This document shows, in pieces, positions 1 through 18,000 of a DNA stretch of 64,000 nucleotides. The stretch is from Nemertoderma westbladi (taxonomy: Eukaryota > Animalia > Xenacoelomorpha), in the NCBI GenBank assembly GCA_032718475.1, contig JAUCBJ010005712.1, positions 81,059 to 145,058 on the forward strand. Direction: 5' to 3'. The notes beneath the pieces were generated by a model. It was not told the origin of the DNA and did no database searches. It was given only the letters and a program-made list of their open reading frames with translations. The position numbers were made by a program, and so were the translations under genes. Numbering within the stretch: the first letter of the stretch is position 1; each line of letters begins with the position of its first letter.

Positions 1-3000
1 TAGAATAGAATACACAGATAGAATAGAATACACAGATAGAATAGAATACACAGATAGAATAGAATAGAATACACAGATAGAATAGAATACACAGATAGAA
101 TAGAATAGAATACACAGATAGAATAGAATACACAGATAGAATAGAATACACAGATAGAATAGAATACACAGATAGAATAGAATACACAGATAGAATAGAA
201 TACACAGATAGAATAGAATACACAGATAGAATAGAATTCACAGATAGAATAGAATTCACAGATAGAATAGAATACACAGATAGAATAGAATACACAGATA
301 GAATAGAATAGAATACACAGATATAATAGAATACACAGATAGAATAGAATTCACAGATAGAATAGAATTCACAGATAGAATAGAATACACAGATAGAATA
401 GAATACACAGATAGAATAGAATAGAATACACAGATATAATAGAATACACAGATAGAATAGAATTCACAGATAGAATAGAATTCACAGATAGAATAGAATA
501 CACAGATAGAATAGAATACACAGATAGAATAGAATAGAATACACAGATATAATAGAATACACAGATAGAATAGAATTCACAGATAGAATAGAATACACAG
601 ATAGAATAGAATACACAGATAGAATAGAATAGAATACACAGATATAATAGAATACACAGATAGAATAGAATAGAATACACAGATATAATAGAATACACAG
701 ATAGAATAGAATTCACAGATAGAATAGAATAGAATACACAGATATAATAGAATACACAGATAGAATAGAATACACAGATAGAATAGAATACACATATAGA
801 ATAGAATAGAATACACAGATATAATAGAATACACAGATAGAATAGAATACACAGATAGAATAGAATACACAGATAGAATAGAATAGAATACACAGATATA
901 ATAGAATACACAGATAGAATAGAATACACAGATAGAATAGAATACACAGATAGAATAGAATAGAATACACAGATATAATAGAATACACAGATAGAATAGA
1001 ATACACAGATAGAATAGAATACACAGATAGAATAGAATACACAGATATAATAGAATACACAGATAGAATAGAATACACATATAGAATAGAATACACAGAT
1101 AGAATAGAATACACAGATAGAATAGAATACACAGATAGAATAGAATGCACAGATAGAATAGAATACACAGATAGAATAGAATACACAGATAGAATAGAAT
1201 ACACAGATAGAATAGAATACACAGATAGAATAGAATACACAGATAGAATAGAATAGAATACACAGATAGAATAGAATACACAGATAGAATAGAATAGAAT
1301 ACACAGATATAATAGAATACACAGATAGAATAGAATTCACAGATAGAATAGAATAGAATACACAGATATAATAGAATACACAGATAGAATAGAATACACA
1401 GATAGAATAGAATACACATATAGAATAGAATACACAGATAGAATAGAATACACAGATAGAATAGAATACACAGATAGAATAGAATACACAGATAGAATAG
1501 AATACACAGATAGAATAGAATAGAATACACAGATAGAATAGAATACACAGATAGAATAGAATAGAATACACAGATAGAATAGAATACACAGATAGAATAG
1601 AATACACAGATAGAATAGAATACACAGATAGAATAGAATACACAGATAGAATAGAATACACAGATAGAATAGAATACACAGATAGAATAGAATTCACAGA
1701 TAGAATAGAATTCACAGATAGAATAGAATACACAGATAGAATAGAATACACAGATAGAATAGAATAGAATACACAGATATAATAGAATACACAGATAGAA
1801 TAGAATTCACAGATAGAATAGAATTCACAGATAGAATAGAATACACAGATAGAATAGAATACACAGATAGAATAGAATAGAATACACAGATATAATAGAA
1901 TACACAGATAGAATAGAATTCACAGATAGAATAGAATTCACAGATAGAATAGAATACACAGATAGAATAGAATACACAGATAGAATAGAATAGAATACAC
2001 AGATATAATAGAATACACAGATAGAATAGAATTCACAGATAGAATAGAATACACAGATAGAATAGAATACACAGATAGAATAGAATAGAATACACAGATA
2101 TAATAGAATACACAGATAGAATAGAATTCACAGATAGAATAGAATAGAATACACAGATATAATAGAATACACAGATAGAATAGAATACACAGATAGAATA
2201 GAATACACAGATAGAATAGAATACACAGATAGAATAGAATACACAGATAGAATAGAATACACAGATAGAATAGAATACACAGATAGAATAGAATACACAG
2301 ATAGAATAGAATACACAGATAGAATAGAATACACAGATAGAATAGAATACACAGATAGAATAGAATACACAGATAGAATAGAATAGAATACACAGATAGA
2401 ATAGAATACACAGATAGAATAGAATACACAGACAGAATAGAATAGAATACACAGATAGAATAGAATACACAGATAGAATAGAATACACAGATAGAATAGA
2501 ATACACAGACAGAATAGAATAGAATACACAGATAGAATAGAATACACAGATAGAATAGAATACACAGATAGAATAGAATAGAATACACAGATAGAATAGA
2601 ATACACAGATAGAATAGAATACACAGATAGAATAGAATACACAGATAGAATAGAATACACAGATAGAATAGAATACACAGATAGAATAGAATAGAATACA
2701 CAGATAGAATAGAATACACAGATAGAATAGAATACACAGATAGAATAGAATACACAGATAGAATAGAATACACAGATAGAATAGAATACACAGATAGAAT
2801 AGAATACACAGATAGAATAGAATAGAATACACAGATAGAATAGAATACACAGATAGAATAGAATACACAGATAGAATAGAATACACAGATAGAATAGAAT
2901 ACACAGATAGAATAGAATACACAGATAGAATAGAATACACAGATAGAATAGAATAGAATACACAGATAGAATAGAATACACAGATAGAATAGAATACACA

Positions 3001-6000
3001 GATAGAATAGAATACACAGATAGAATAGAATACACAGATAGAATAGAATACACAGATAGAATAGAATACACAGATAGAATAGAATAGAATACACAGATAG
3101 AATAGAATACACAGATAGAATAGAATACACAGATAGAATAGAATACACAGATAGAATAGAATACACAGATAGAATAGAATACACAGATAGAATAGAATAC
3201 ACAGATAGAATAGAATACACAGATAGAATAGAATACACAGATAGAATAGAATACACAGATAGAATAGAATAGAATACACAGATAGAATAGAATACACAGA
3301 TAGAATAGAATACACAGATAGAATAGAATACACAGATAGAATAGAATACACAGATAGAATAGAATACACAGATAGAATAGAATACACAGATAGAATAGAA
3401 TACACAGATAGAATAGAATACACAGATAGAATAGAATACACAGATAGAATAGAATACACAGATAGAATAGAATACACAGATAGAATAGAATACACAGATA
3501 GAATAGAATACACAGATAGAATAGAATACACAGATAGAATAGAATACACAGATAGAATAGAATACACAGATAGAATAGAATACACAGATAGAATAGAATA
3601 CACAGATAGAATAGAATACACAGATAGAATAGAATACACAGATAGAATAGAATACACAGATAGAATAGAATACACAGATAGAATAGAATACACAGATAGA
3701 ATAGAATAGAATACACAGATAGAATAGAATACACAGATAGAATAGAATACACAGATAGAATAGAATACACAGATAGAATAGAATACACAGATAGAATAGA
3801 ATACACAGATAGAATAGAATACACAGATAGAATAGAATACACAGATAGAATAGAATACACAGATAGAATAGAATACACAGATAGAATAGAATACACAGAT
3901 AGAATAGAATAGAATACACAGATAGAATAGAATACACAGATAGAATAGAATACACAGATAGAATAGAATACACAGATAGAATAGAATACACAGATAGAAT
4001 AGAATACACAGATAGAATAGAATACACAGATAGAATAGAATACACAGATAGAATAGAATACACAGATAGAATAGAATACACAGATAGAATAGAATACACA
4101 GATAGAATAGAATACACAGATAGAATAGAATAGAATACACAGATAGAATAGAATACACAGATAGAATAGAATACACAGATAGAATAGAATACACAGATAG
4201 AATAGAATAGAATACACAGATAGAATAGAATACACAGATAGAATAGAATACACAGATAGAATAGAATACACAGATAGAATAGAATACACAGATAGAATAG
4301 AATACACAGATAGAATAGAATACACAGATAGAATAGAATACACAGATAGAATAGAATACACAGATAGAATAGAATAGAATACACAGATAGAATAGAATAC
4401 ACAGATAGAATAGAATACACAGATAGAATAGAATAGAATACACAGATAGAATAGAATACACAGATAGAATAGAATACACAGATAGAATAGAATACACAGA
4501 TAGAATAGAATACACAGATAGAATAGAATAGAATACACAGATAGAATAGAATACACAGATAGAATAGAATACACAGATAGAATAGAATACACAGATAGAA
4601 TAGAATACACAGATAGAATAGAATACACAGATAGAATAGAATACACAGATAGAATAGAATAGAATACACAGATAGAATAGAATACACAGATAGAATAGAA
4701 TAGAATACACAGATAGAATAGAATAAATACACAGATAGAATAGAATAGAATAGAATACACAGATAGAATAGAATACACAGATAGAATAGAATACACAGAT
4801 AGAATAGAATACACAGATAGAATAGAATACACAGATAGAATAGAATACACAGATAGAATAGAATACACAGATAGAATAAATAGAATACACAGATAGAATA
4901 GAATACACAGATAGAATAGAATACACAGATAGAATAGAATACACAGATAGAATAGAATACACAGATAGAATAGAATACACAGATAGAATAGAATTCACAG
5001 ATAGAATAGAATACACAGATAGAATAGAATACACAGATAGAATAGAATAGAATACACAGATATAATAGAATACACAGATAGAATAGAATAGAATACACAG
5101 ATAGAATAGAATACACAGATAGAATAGAATACACAGATAGAATAGAATACACAGATAGAATAGAATACACATATAGAATAGAATACACAGATAGAATAGA
5201 ATACACAGATAGAATAGAATACACAGATAGAATAGAATACACAGATAGAATAGAATTCACAGATAGAATAGAATACACAGATAGAATAGAATACACAGAT
5301 AGAATAGAATAGAATACACAGATATAATAGAATACACAGATAGAATAGAATACACAGATAGAATAGAATACACAGATAGAATAGAATACACAGATAGAAT
5401 AGAATACACAGATAGAATAGAATACACAGATAGAATAGAATACACAGATAGAATAGAATACACAGATAGAATAGAATTCACAGATAGAATAGAATACACA
5501 GATAGAATAGAATACACAGATAGAATAGAATAGAATACACAGATATAATAGAATACACAGATAGAATAGAATACACAGATAGAATAGAATACACAGATAG
5601 AATAGAATACACAGATAGAATAGAATACACAGATAGAATAGAATACACAGATAGAATAGAATACACAGATAGAATAGAATACACAGATAGAATAGAATAC
5701 ACAGATAGAATAGAATACACAGATAGAATAGAATACACAGATAGAATAGAATACACAGATAGAATAGAATACACAGATAGAATAGAATACACAGATAGAA
5801 TAGAATAGAATACACAGATATAATAGAATACACATATAGAATAGAATACACAGATAGAATAGAATACACAGATAGAATAGAATACACAGATAGAATAGAA
5901 TACACAGATAGAATAGAATACACAGATAGAATAGACTACACAGATAGAATAGAATACACAGATGGAATAGAATACACAGATAGAATAGAATACACAGATA

Positions 6001-9000
6001 GAATAGAATAGAATACACAGATAGAATAGAATACACAGATAGAATAGAATAGAATACACAGATATAATAGAATACACAGATAGAATAGAATTCACAGATA
6101 GAATAGAATAGAATACACAGATATAATAGAATACACAGATAGAATAGAATACACAGATAGAATAGAATACACATATAGAATAGAATACACAGATAGAATA
6201 GAATACACAGATAGAATAGAATACACAGATAGAATAGAATACACAGATAGAATAGAATACACAGATAGAATAGAATAGAATACACAGATAGAATAGAATA
6301 CACAGATAGAATAGAATAGAATACACAGATAGAATAGAATACACAGATAGAATAGAATACACAGATAGAATAGAATACACAGATAGAATAGAATACACAG
6401 ATAGAATAGAATACACAGATAGAATAGAATACACAGATAGAATAGAATTCACAGATAGAATAGAATTCACAGATAGAATAGAATACACAGATAGAATAGA
6501 ATACACAGATAGAATAGAATAGAATACACAGATATAATAGAATACACAGATAGAATAGAATTCACAGATAGAATAGAATTCACAGATAGAATAGAATACA
6601 CAGATAGAATAGAATACACAGATAGAATAGAATAGAATACACAGATATAATAGAATACACAGATAGAATAGAATTCACAGATAGAATAGAATTCACAGAT
6701 AGAATAGAATACACAGATAGAATAGAATACACAGATAGAATAGAATAGAATACACAGATAGAATAGAATACACAGATAGAATAGAATTCACAGATAGAAT
6801 AGAATACACAGATAGAATAGAATACACAGATAGAATAGAATAGAATACACAGATATAATAGAATACACAGATAGAATAGAATTCACAGACAGAATAGAAT
6901 AGAATACACAGATATAATAGAATACACAGATAGAATAGAATACACAGATAGAATAGAATACACATATAGAATAGAATACACAGATAGAATAGAATACACA
7001 GATAGAATAGAATACACAGATAGAATAGAATACACAGATAGAATAGAATTCACAGATAGAATAGAATTCACAGATAGAATAGAATACACAGATAGAATAG
7101 AATTCACAGATAGAATAGAATAGAATACACAGATATAATAGAATACACAGATAGAATAGAATACACAGATAGAATAGAATACACATATAGAATAGAATAC
7201 ACAGATAGAATAGAATACACAGATAGAATAGAATACACAGATAGAATAGAATACACAGATAGAATAGAATTCACAGATAGAATAGAATACACAGATAGAA
7301 TAGAATACACAGATAGAATAGAATAGAATACACAGATATAATAGAATACACAGATAGAATAGAATACACAGATAGAATAGAATACACATATAGAATAGAA
7401 TACAGAGATAGAATATAATACACAGATAGAATAGAATACACATATAGAATAGAATACACAGATAGAATAGAATACACAGATAGAATAGAATACACAGATA
7501 GAATAGAATACACATATAGAATATAATACACAGATAGAATAGAATACACAGATAGAATCGAATACACATATAGAATATAATACACAGATAGAATAGAATA
7601 CACAGATAGAATAGAATACACAGATAGAATAGAATACACAGATAGAATAGAATACACAGATAGAATAGAATACACATATAGAATAGAATACACAGATAGA
7701 ATAGAATACACAGATAGAATAGAATACACAGATAGAATAGAATACACAGATAGAATAGAATACACATATAGAATAGAATACACAGATAGAATAGAATACA
7801 CAGATAGAATAGAATACACAGATAGAATAGAATACACAGATAGAATAGAATACACAGATAGAATAGAATACACAGATAGAATAGAATTCACAGATAGAAT
7901 AGAATACACAGATAGAATAGAATACACAGATAGAATAGAATAGAATACACAGATATAATAGAATACACAGATAGAATAGAATACACAGATAGAATAGAAT
8001 ACACATATAGAATAGAATACACATATAGAATAGAATACACAGATATAATAGAATACACAGATAGAATAGAATACACAGATAGAATAGAATACACAGATAG
8101 AATAGAATACACAGATAGAATAGAATACACAGATAGAATAGAATACACAGATAGAATAGAATTCACAGATAGAATAGAATACACAGATAGAATAGAATAC
8201 ACAGATAGAATAGAATAGAATACACAGATATAATAGAATACACAGATAGAATAGAATAGAATACACAGATAGAATAGAATACACAGATAGAATAGAATAC
8301 ACAGATAGAATAGAATACACAGATAGAATAGAATACACATATAGAATAGAATACACAGATAGAATAGAATACACAGATAGAATAGAATACACAGATAGAA
8401 TAGAATACACAGATAGAATAGAATTCACAGATAGAATAGAATACACAGATAGAATAGAATACACAGATAGAATAGAATAGAATACACAGATATAATAGAA
8501 TACACAGATAGAATAGAATACACAGATAGAATAGAATACACAGATAGAATAGAATACACAGATAGAATAGAATACACAGATAGAATAGAATACACAGATA
8601 GAATAGAATACACAGATAGAATAGAATACACAGATAGAATAGAATTCACAGATAGAATAGAATACACAGATAGAATAGAATACACAGATAGAATAGAATA
8701 GAATACACAGATATAATAGAATACACAGATAGAATAGAATACACAGATAGAATAGAATACACATATAGAATAGAATACACATATAGAATAGAATACACAG
8801 ATATAATAGAATACACAGATAGAATAGAATACACATATAGAATAGAATACACAGATAGAATAGAATACACAGATAGAATAGAATACACAGATAGAATAGA
8901 ATACACAGATAGAATAGAATTCACAGATAGAATAGAATACACAGATAGAATAGAATACACAGATAGAATAGAATAGAATACACAGATATAATAGAATACA

Positions 9001-12000
9001 CAGATAGAATAGAATACACAATAGAATACACAGATAGAATAGAATACACAGATAGAATAGAATACACAGATAGAATAGAATACACATATAGAATAGAATA
9101 CACAGATAGAATAGAATACACAGATAGAATAGAATACACAGATAGAATAGAATACACAGATAGAATAGAATTCACAGATAGAATAGAATACACAGATAGA
9201 ATAGAATACACAGATAGAATAGAATAGAATACACAGATATAATAGAATACACAGATAGAATAGAATACACAGATAGAATAGAATACACAGATAGAATAGA
9301 ATACACAGATAGAATAGAATACACAGATAGAATAGAATTCACAGATAGAATAGAATACACAGATAGAATAGAATAGAATACACAGATATAATAGAATACA
9401 CAGATATAATAGAATACACAGATAGAATAGAATACACAGATAGAATAGAATACACAGATAGAATAGAATACACAAATAGAATAGAATACACAGATAGAAT
9501 AGAATACACAGATAGAATAGAATACAAAGATAGAATAGAATACACAGATAAAATAGAATACACAGATAGAATAGAATACACAGATACAATAGAATACACA
9601 TATAGAATAGAATACACAGATAGAATAGAATACAAAGATGGAATATAATACAAAGATGGAATAGAATACACAGATAGAATAGAATACACAGATAGAATAG
9701 AATACACAGATACAATAGAATACACATATAGAATAGAATACACATATAGAATAGAATACACAGATAGAATAGAATACAAAGATGGAATAGAATACACAGA
9801 TAGAATAGAATACACAGATAGAATAGAATACACAGATAGAATAGAATACACAGATAGAATAGAATACACAGATAGAATAGAATACACAGATAGAATAGAA
9901 TTCACAGATAGAATAGAATACACAGATAGAATAGAATACAAAGATGGAATAGAATACACAGATAGAATAGAATACACAGATAGAATAGAATACACAGATA
10001 GAATAGAATACAGAGATAGAATATAATACACAGATAGAATAGAATACACAGATAGAATAGAATACACAGATAGAATAGAATACACAGATAGAATAGAATA
10101 CACAGATAGAATAGAATACACAGACAGAATAGAATACACAGATAGAATAGAATAGAATACACAGATAGAATAGAATACACAGATATAATAGAATACACAG
10201 ATAGAATAGAATACACAGATAGAATATAATACACAGATGGAATAGAGTACACAGATAGAATAGAATACACAGATAGAATAGAATACACAGATAGAATAGA
10301 ATACACAGATATAATAGAATACACAGATAGAATAGAATACACAGACAGAATAGAATACACAGATAGAATAGAATAGAATACACAGATAGAATAGAATACA
10401 CAGATAGAATAGAATACACAGATAGAATAGAATAGAATACACAGATAGAATAGAATACACAGATATAATAGAATACACAGATAGAATAGAATACACAGAT
10501 AGAATAGAATACACAGATAGAATAGAATAGAATACACAGATAGAATAGAATACACAGATATAATAGAATACACAGATAGAATAGAATACACAGATATAAT
10601 AGAATACACAGATAGAATAGAATACACAGACAGAATAGAATACACAGATAGAATAGAATAGAATACACAGACAGAATAGAATACACAGATAGAATAGAAT
10701 AGAATACACAGATAGAATAGAATATAATACACAGATAGAATAGAATAGAATAGAATACACAGATAGAATAGAATACACAGATATAATAGAATACACAGAT
10801 AGAATAGAATACACAGATATAATAGAATACACAGATAGAATAGAATACACAGACAGAATAGAATACACAGATAGAATATAATAGAATACACAGATAGAAT
10901 AGAATACACATATAGAATAGAATACACAGATAGAATAGAATACACAGATAGAATAGAATACACAGATAGAATAGAATACACAGATAGAATAGAATTCACA
11001 GATAGAATAGAATACACAGATAGAATAGAATACACAGATAGAATAGAATAGAATACACAGATATAATAGAATACACAGATAGAATAGAATAGAATACACA
11101 GATAGAATAGAATACACAGATAGAATAGAATACACAGATAGAATAGAATACACAGATAGAATAGAATACACATATAGAATAGAATACACAGATAGAATAG
11201 AATACACAGATAGAATAGAATACACAGATAGAATAGAATACACAGATAGAATAGAATTCACAGATAGAATAGAATACACAGATAGAATAGAATACACAGA
11301 TAGAATAGAATAGAATACACAGATATAATAGAATACACAGATAGAATAGAATACACAGATAGAATAGAATACACAGATAGAATAGAATACACAGATAGAA
11401 TAGAATACACAGATAGAATAGAATACACAGATAGAATAGAATACACAGATAGAATAGAATACACAGATAGAATAGAATTCACAGATAGAATAGAATACAC
11501 AGATAGAATAGAATACACAGATAGAATAGAATAGAATACACAGATATAATAGAATACACAGATAGAATAGAATACACAGATAGAATAGAATACACATATA
11601 GAATAGAATACACATATAGAATAGAATACACAGATATAATAGAATACACAGATAGAATAGAATACACATATAGAATAGAATACACAGATAGAATAGAATA
11701 CACAGATAGAATAGAATACACAGATAGAATAGAATACACAGATAGAATAGAATTCACAGATAGAATAGAATACACAGATAGAATAGAATACACAGATAGA
11801 ATAGAATAGAATACACAGATATAATAGAATACACAGATAGAATAGAATACACAATAGAATACACAGATAGAATAGAATACACAGATAGAATAGAATACAC
11901 AGATAGAATAGAATACACATATAGAATAGAATACACAGATAGAATAGAATACACAGATAGAATAGAATACACAGATAGAATAGAATACACAGATAGAATA

Positions 12001-15000
12001 GAATTCACAGATAGAATAGAATACACAGATAGAATAGAATACACAGATAGAATAGAATAGAATACACAGATATAATAGAATACACAGATAGAATAGAATA
12101 CACAGATAGAATAGAATACACAGATAGAATAGAATACACAGATAGAATAGAATACACAGATAGAATAGAATTCACAGATAGAATAGAATACACAGATAGA
12201 ATAGAATAGAATACACAGATATAATAGAATACACAGATATAATAGAATACACAGATAGAATAGAATACACAGATAGAATAGAATACACAGATAGAATAGA
12301 ATACACAAATAGAATAGAATACACAGATAGAATAGAATACACAGATAGAATAGAATACAAAGATAGAATAGAATACACAGATAAAATAGAATACACAGAT
12401 AGAATAGAATACACAGATACAATAGAATACACATATAGAATAGAATACACAGATAGAATAGAATACAAAGATGGAATATAATACAAAGATGGAATAGAAT
12501 ACACAGATAGAATAGAATACACAGATAGAATAGAATACACAGATACAATAGAATACACATATAGAATAGAATACACATATAGAATAGAATACACAGATAG
12601 AATAGAATACAAAGATGGAATAGAATACACAGATAGAATAGAATACACAGATAGAATAGAATACACAGATAGAATAGAATACACAGATAGAATAGAATAC
12701 ACAGATAGAATAGAATACACAGATAGAATAGAATTCACAGATAGAATAGAATACACAGATAGAATAGAATACAAAGATGGAATAGAATACACAGATAGAA
12801 TAGAATACACAGATAGAATAGAATACACAGATAGAATAGAATACAGAGATAGAATATAATACACAGATAGAATAGAATACACAGATAGAATAGAATACAC
12901 AGATAGAATAGAATACACAGATAGAATAGAATACACAGATAGAATAGAATACACAGACAGAATAGAATACACAGATAGAATAGAATAGAATACACAGATA
13001 GAATAGAATACACAGATATAATAGAATACACAGATAGAATAGAATACACAGATAGAATATAATACACAGATGGAATAGAGTACACAGATAGAATAGAATA
13101 CACAGATAGAATAGAATACACAGATAGAATAGAATACACAGATATAATAGAATACACAGATAGAATAGAATACACAGACAGAATAGAATACACAGATAGA
13201 ATAGAATAGAATACACAGATAGAATAGAATACACAGATAGAATAGAATACACAGATAGAATAGAATAGAATACACAGATAGAATAGAATACACAGATATA
13301 ATAGAATACACAGATAGAATAGAATACACAGATAGAATAGAATACACAGATAGAATAGAATAGAATACACAGATAGAATAGAATACACAGATATAATAGA
13401 ATACACAGATAGAATAGAATACACAGATATAATAGAATACACAGATAGAATAGAATACACAGACAGAATAGAATACACAGATAGAATAGAATAGAATACA
13501 CAGACAGAATAGAATACACAGATAGAATAGAATAGAATACACAGATAGAATAGAATATAATACACAGATAGAATAGAATAGAATAGAATACACAGATAGA
13601 ATAGAATACACAGATATAATAGAATACACAGATAGAATAGAATACACAGATATAATAGAATACACAGATAGAATAGAATACACAGACAGAATAGAATACA
13701 CAGATAGAATAGAATAGAATACACAGATAGAATAGAATACACAGATAGAATAGAATACACAGATAGAATAGAATACACAGATAGAATAGAATACACAGAT
13801 AGAATAGAATACACAGATAGAATAGAATACACAGATAGAATAGAATACACAGATAGAATAGAATACACAGATAGAATAGAATACACAGATAGAATAGAAT
13901 ACACAGATAGAATAGAATACACAGATAGAATAGAATACACAGATAGAATAGAATACACAGATAGAATAGAATACACAGATAGAATAGAATACAGAGATAG
14001 AATATAATACACAGATAGAATAGAATACACAGATAGAATAGAATACACAGATAGAATAGAATACACAGATAGAATAGAATACACAGATAGAATAGAATAC
14101 ACAGATAGAATAGAATACACAGATAGAATAGAATACACAGATAGAATAGAATACACAGATAGAATAGAATACACAGATAGAATAGAATACACAGATAGAA
14201 TAGAATACAGAGATAGAATATAATACACAGATAGAATAGAATACAGAGATAGAATAGAATACACAGATAGAATAGAATACAGAGATAGAATAGAATACAC
14301 AGATAGAATAGAATACAGAGATAGAATATAATACACAGATAGAATAGAATACAGAGATAGAATAGAATACACAGATAGAATAGAATACACAGATAGAATA
14401 GAATACACAGATAGAATAGAATACACAGATAGAATAGAATACACAGATAGAATAGAATACAGAGATAGAATATAATACACAGATAGAATAGAATACACAG
14501 ATAGCATAGAATACACAGATAGAATAGAATACACAGATAGAATAGAATACAGAGATAGAATATAATACACAGATAGAATAGAATACACAGATAGAATAGA
14601 ATACACAGATAGAATAGAATACACAGATAGAATAGAATACACAGATAGAATAGAATACAGAGATAGAATATAATACACAGATAGAATAGAATACACAGAT
14701 AGAATAGAATACACAGATAGAATAGAATACACAGATAGAATAGAATACACAGATAGAATAGAATACACAGATAGAATAGAATACACAGATAGAATAGAAT
14801 ACACAGATAGAATAGAATACACAGATAGAATAGAATACAGAGATAGAATATAATACACAGATAGAATAGAATACACAGATAGAATAGAATACACAGATAG
14901 AATAGAATACACAGATAGATTAGAATACACAGATAGAATAGAATACAGAGATAGAATATAATACACAGATAGAATAGAATACACAGATAGAATAGAATAC

Positions 15001-18000
15001 ACAGATAGAATAGAATACACAGATAGAATAGAATACACAGATAGAATAGAATACACAGATAGAATAGAATACACAGATAGAATAGATTACAGAGATAGAA
15101 TAGATTACAGAGATAGAATATAATACACAGATAGAATATAATACACAGATATAATAGAATACACAGATAGAATAGAATACACAGATAGAATAGAATACAC
15201 AGATAGAATAGAATACACAGATAGAATAGAATACACAGATAGAATAGAATACACATATAGAATAGAATACACATATAGAATAGAATACACATATAGAATA
15301 GAATACACATATAGAATAGAATACACAGATAGAATAGAATACACAGATAGAATAGAATACACATATAGAATAGAATACACAGATAGAATAGAATACACAG
15401 ATAGAATAGAATACACAGATAGAATAGAATACACAGATAGAATAGAAAACACAGATAGAATAGAATACACATATAGAATAGAATACACAGATAGAATAGA
15501 ATACACAGATAGAATAGAATACACAGATAGAATAGAATACACAGATAGAATAGAATACACAGACAGAATAGAATAGAATACACAGATAGAATAGAATACA
15601 CAGATAGAATAGAATACACAGATAGAATAGAATACACAGATAGAATAGAATACACAGATAGAATAGAATACACAGATAGAATAGAATACACAGATAGAAT
15701 AGAATACACAGATAGAATAGAATACACAGATAGAATAGAATACACAGATAGAATAGAATACACAGATAGAATAGAATACACAGATAGAATAGAATACACA
15801 GATAGAATAGAATACACAGATAGAATAGAATACACAGATAGAATAGAATACACAGATAGAATAGAATACACAGATAGAATAGAATAGAATACACAGATAG
15901 AATAGAATACACAGATAGAATAGAATACACAGATAGAATAGAATACACAGATAGAATAGAATAGAATACACAGATATAATAGAATACACAGATAGAATAG
16001 AATACACAGATAGAATAGAATAGAATACACAGATATAATAGAATACACAGATAGAATAGAATACACAGATAGAATAGAATACACAATAGAATAGAATAGA
16101 ATACACAGATATAATAGAATACACAGATAGAATAGAATACACAGATAGAATAGAATACACAGATAGAATAGAATAGAATACACAGATATAATAGAATACA
16201 CAGATAGAATAGAATACACAGATAGAATAGAATACACAGATAGAATAGAATAGAATACACAGATAGAATAGAATACACAGATAGAATAGAATACACAGAT
16301 AGAATAGAATACACAGATAGAATAGAATACACAGATAGAATAGAATACACAGATAGAATAGAATACACATATAGAATAGAATACACAGATAGAATAGAAT
16401 ACACAGATAGAATAGAATACACAGATAGAATAGAATACACAGATAGAATAGAATACACAGATAGAATAGAATACACAGATAGAATAGAATACACAGATAG
16501 AATAGAATACACAGATAGAATAGAATACACAGATAGAATAGAATAGAATACACAGATAGAATAGAATACACAGATAGAATAGAATAGAATACACAGATAT
16601 AATAGAATACACAGATAGAATAGAATACACAGATAGAATAGAATAGAATACACAGATAGAATAGAATACACAGATAGAATAGAATACACAGATAGAATAG
16701 AATACACATATAGAATAGAATACACAGATAGAATAGAATACACAGATAGAATAGAATACACAGATAGAATAGAATACACAGATAGAATAGAATACACAGA
16801 TAGAATAGAATAGAATACACAGATAGAATAGAATACACAGATAGAATAGAATAGAATACACAGATAGAATAGAATACACAGATAGAATAGAATACACAGA
16901 TAGAATAGAATACACAGATAGAATAGAATACACAGATAGAATAGAATACACAGATAGAATAGAATACACAGATAGAATAGAATACACAGATAGAATAGAA
17001 TTCACAGATAGAATAGAATACACAGATAGAATAGAATACACAGATAGAATAGAATAGAATACACAGATATAATAGAATACACAGATAGAATAGAATTCAC
17101 AGATAGAATAGAATTCACAGATAGAATAGAATACACAGATAGAATAGAATACACAGATAGAATAGAATAGAATACACAGATATAATAGAATACACAGATA
17201 GAATAGAATTCACAGATAGAATAGAATTCACAGATAGAATAGAATACACAGATAGAATAGAATACACAGATAGAATAGAATAGAATACACAGATATAATA
17301 GAATACACAGATAGAATAGAATTCACAGATAGAATAGAATACACAGATAGAATAGAATACACAGATAGAATAGAATAGAATACACAGATATAATAGAATA
17401 CACAGATAGAATAGAATTCACAGATAGAATAGAATAGAATACACAGATATAATAGAATACACAGATAGAATAGAATACACAGATAGAATAGAATACACAT
17501 ATAGAATAGAATACACAGATAGAATAGAATACACAGATAGAATAGAATACACAGATAGAATAGAATACACAGATAGAATAGAATTCACAGATAGAATAGA
17601 ATTCACAGATAGAATAGAATACACAGATAGAATAGAATTCACAGATAGAATAGAATAGAATACACAGATATAATAGAATACACAGATAGAATAGAATACA
17701 CAGATAGAATAGAATACACATATAGAATAGAATACACAGATAGAATAGAATACACAGATAGAATAGAATACACAGATAGAATAGAATACACAGATAGAAT
17801 AGAATTCACAGATAGAATAGAATACACAGATAGAATAGAATACACAGATAGAATAGAATAGAATACACAGATATAATAGAATACACAGATAGAATAGAAT
17901 ACACAGATAGAATAGAATACACATATAGAATAGAATACAGAGATAGAATATAATACACAGATAGAATAGAATACACATATAGAATAGAATACACAGATAG

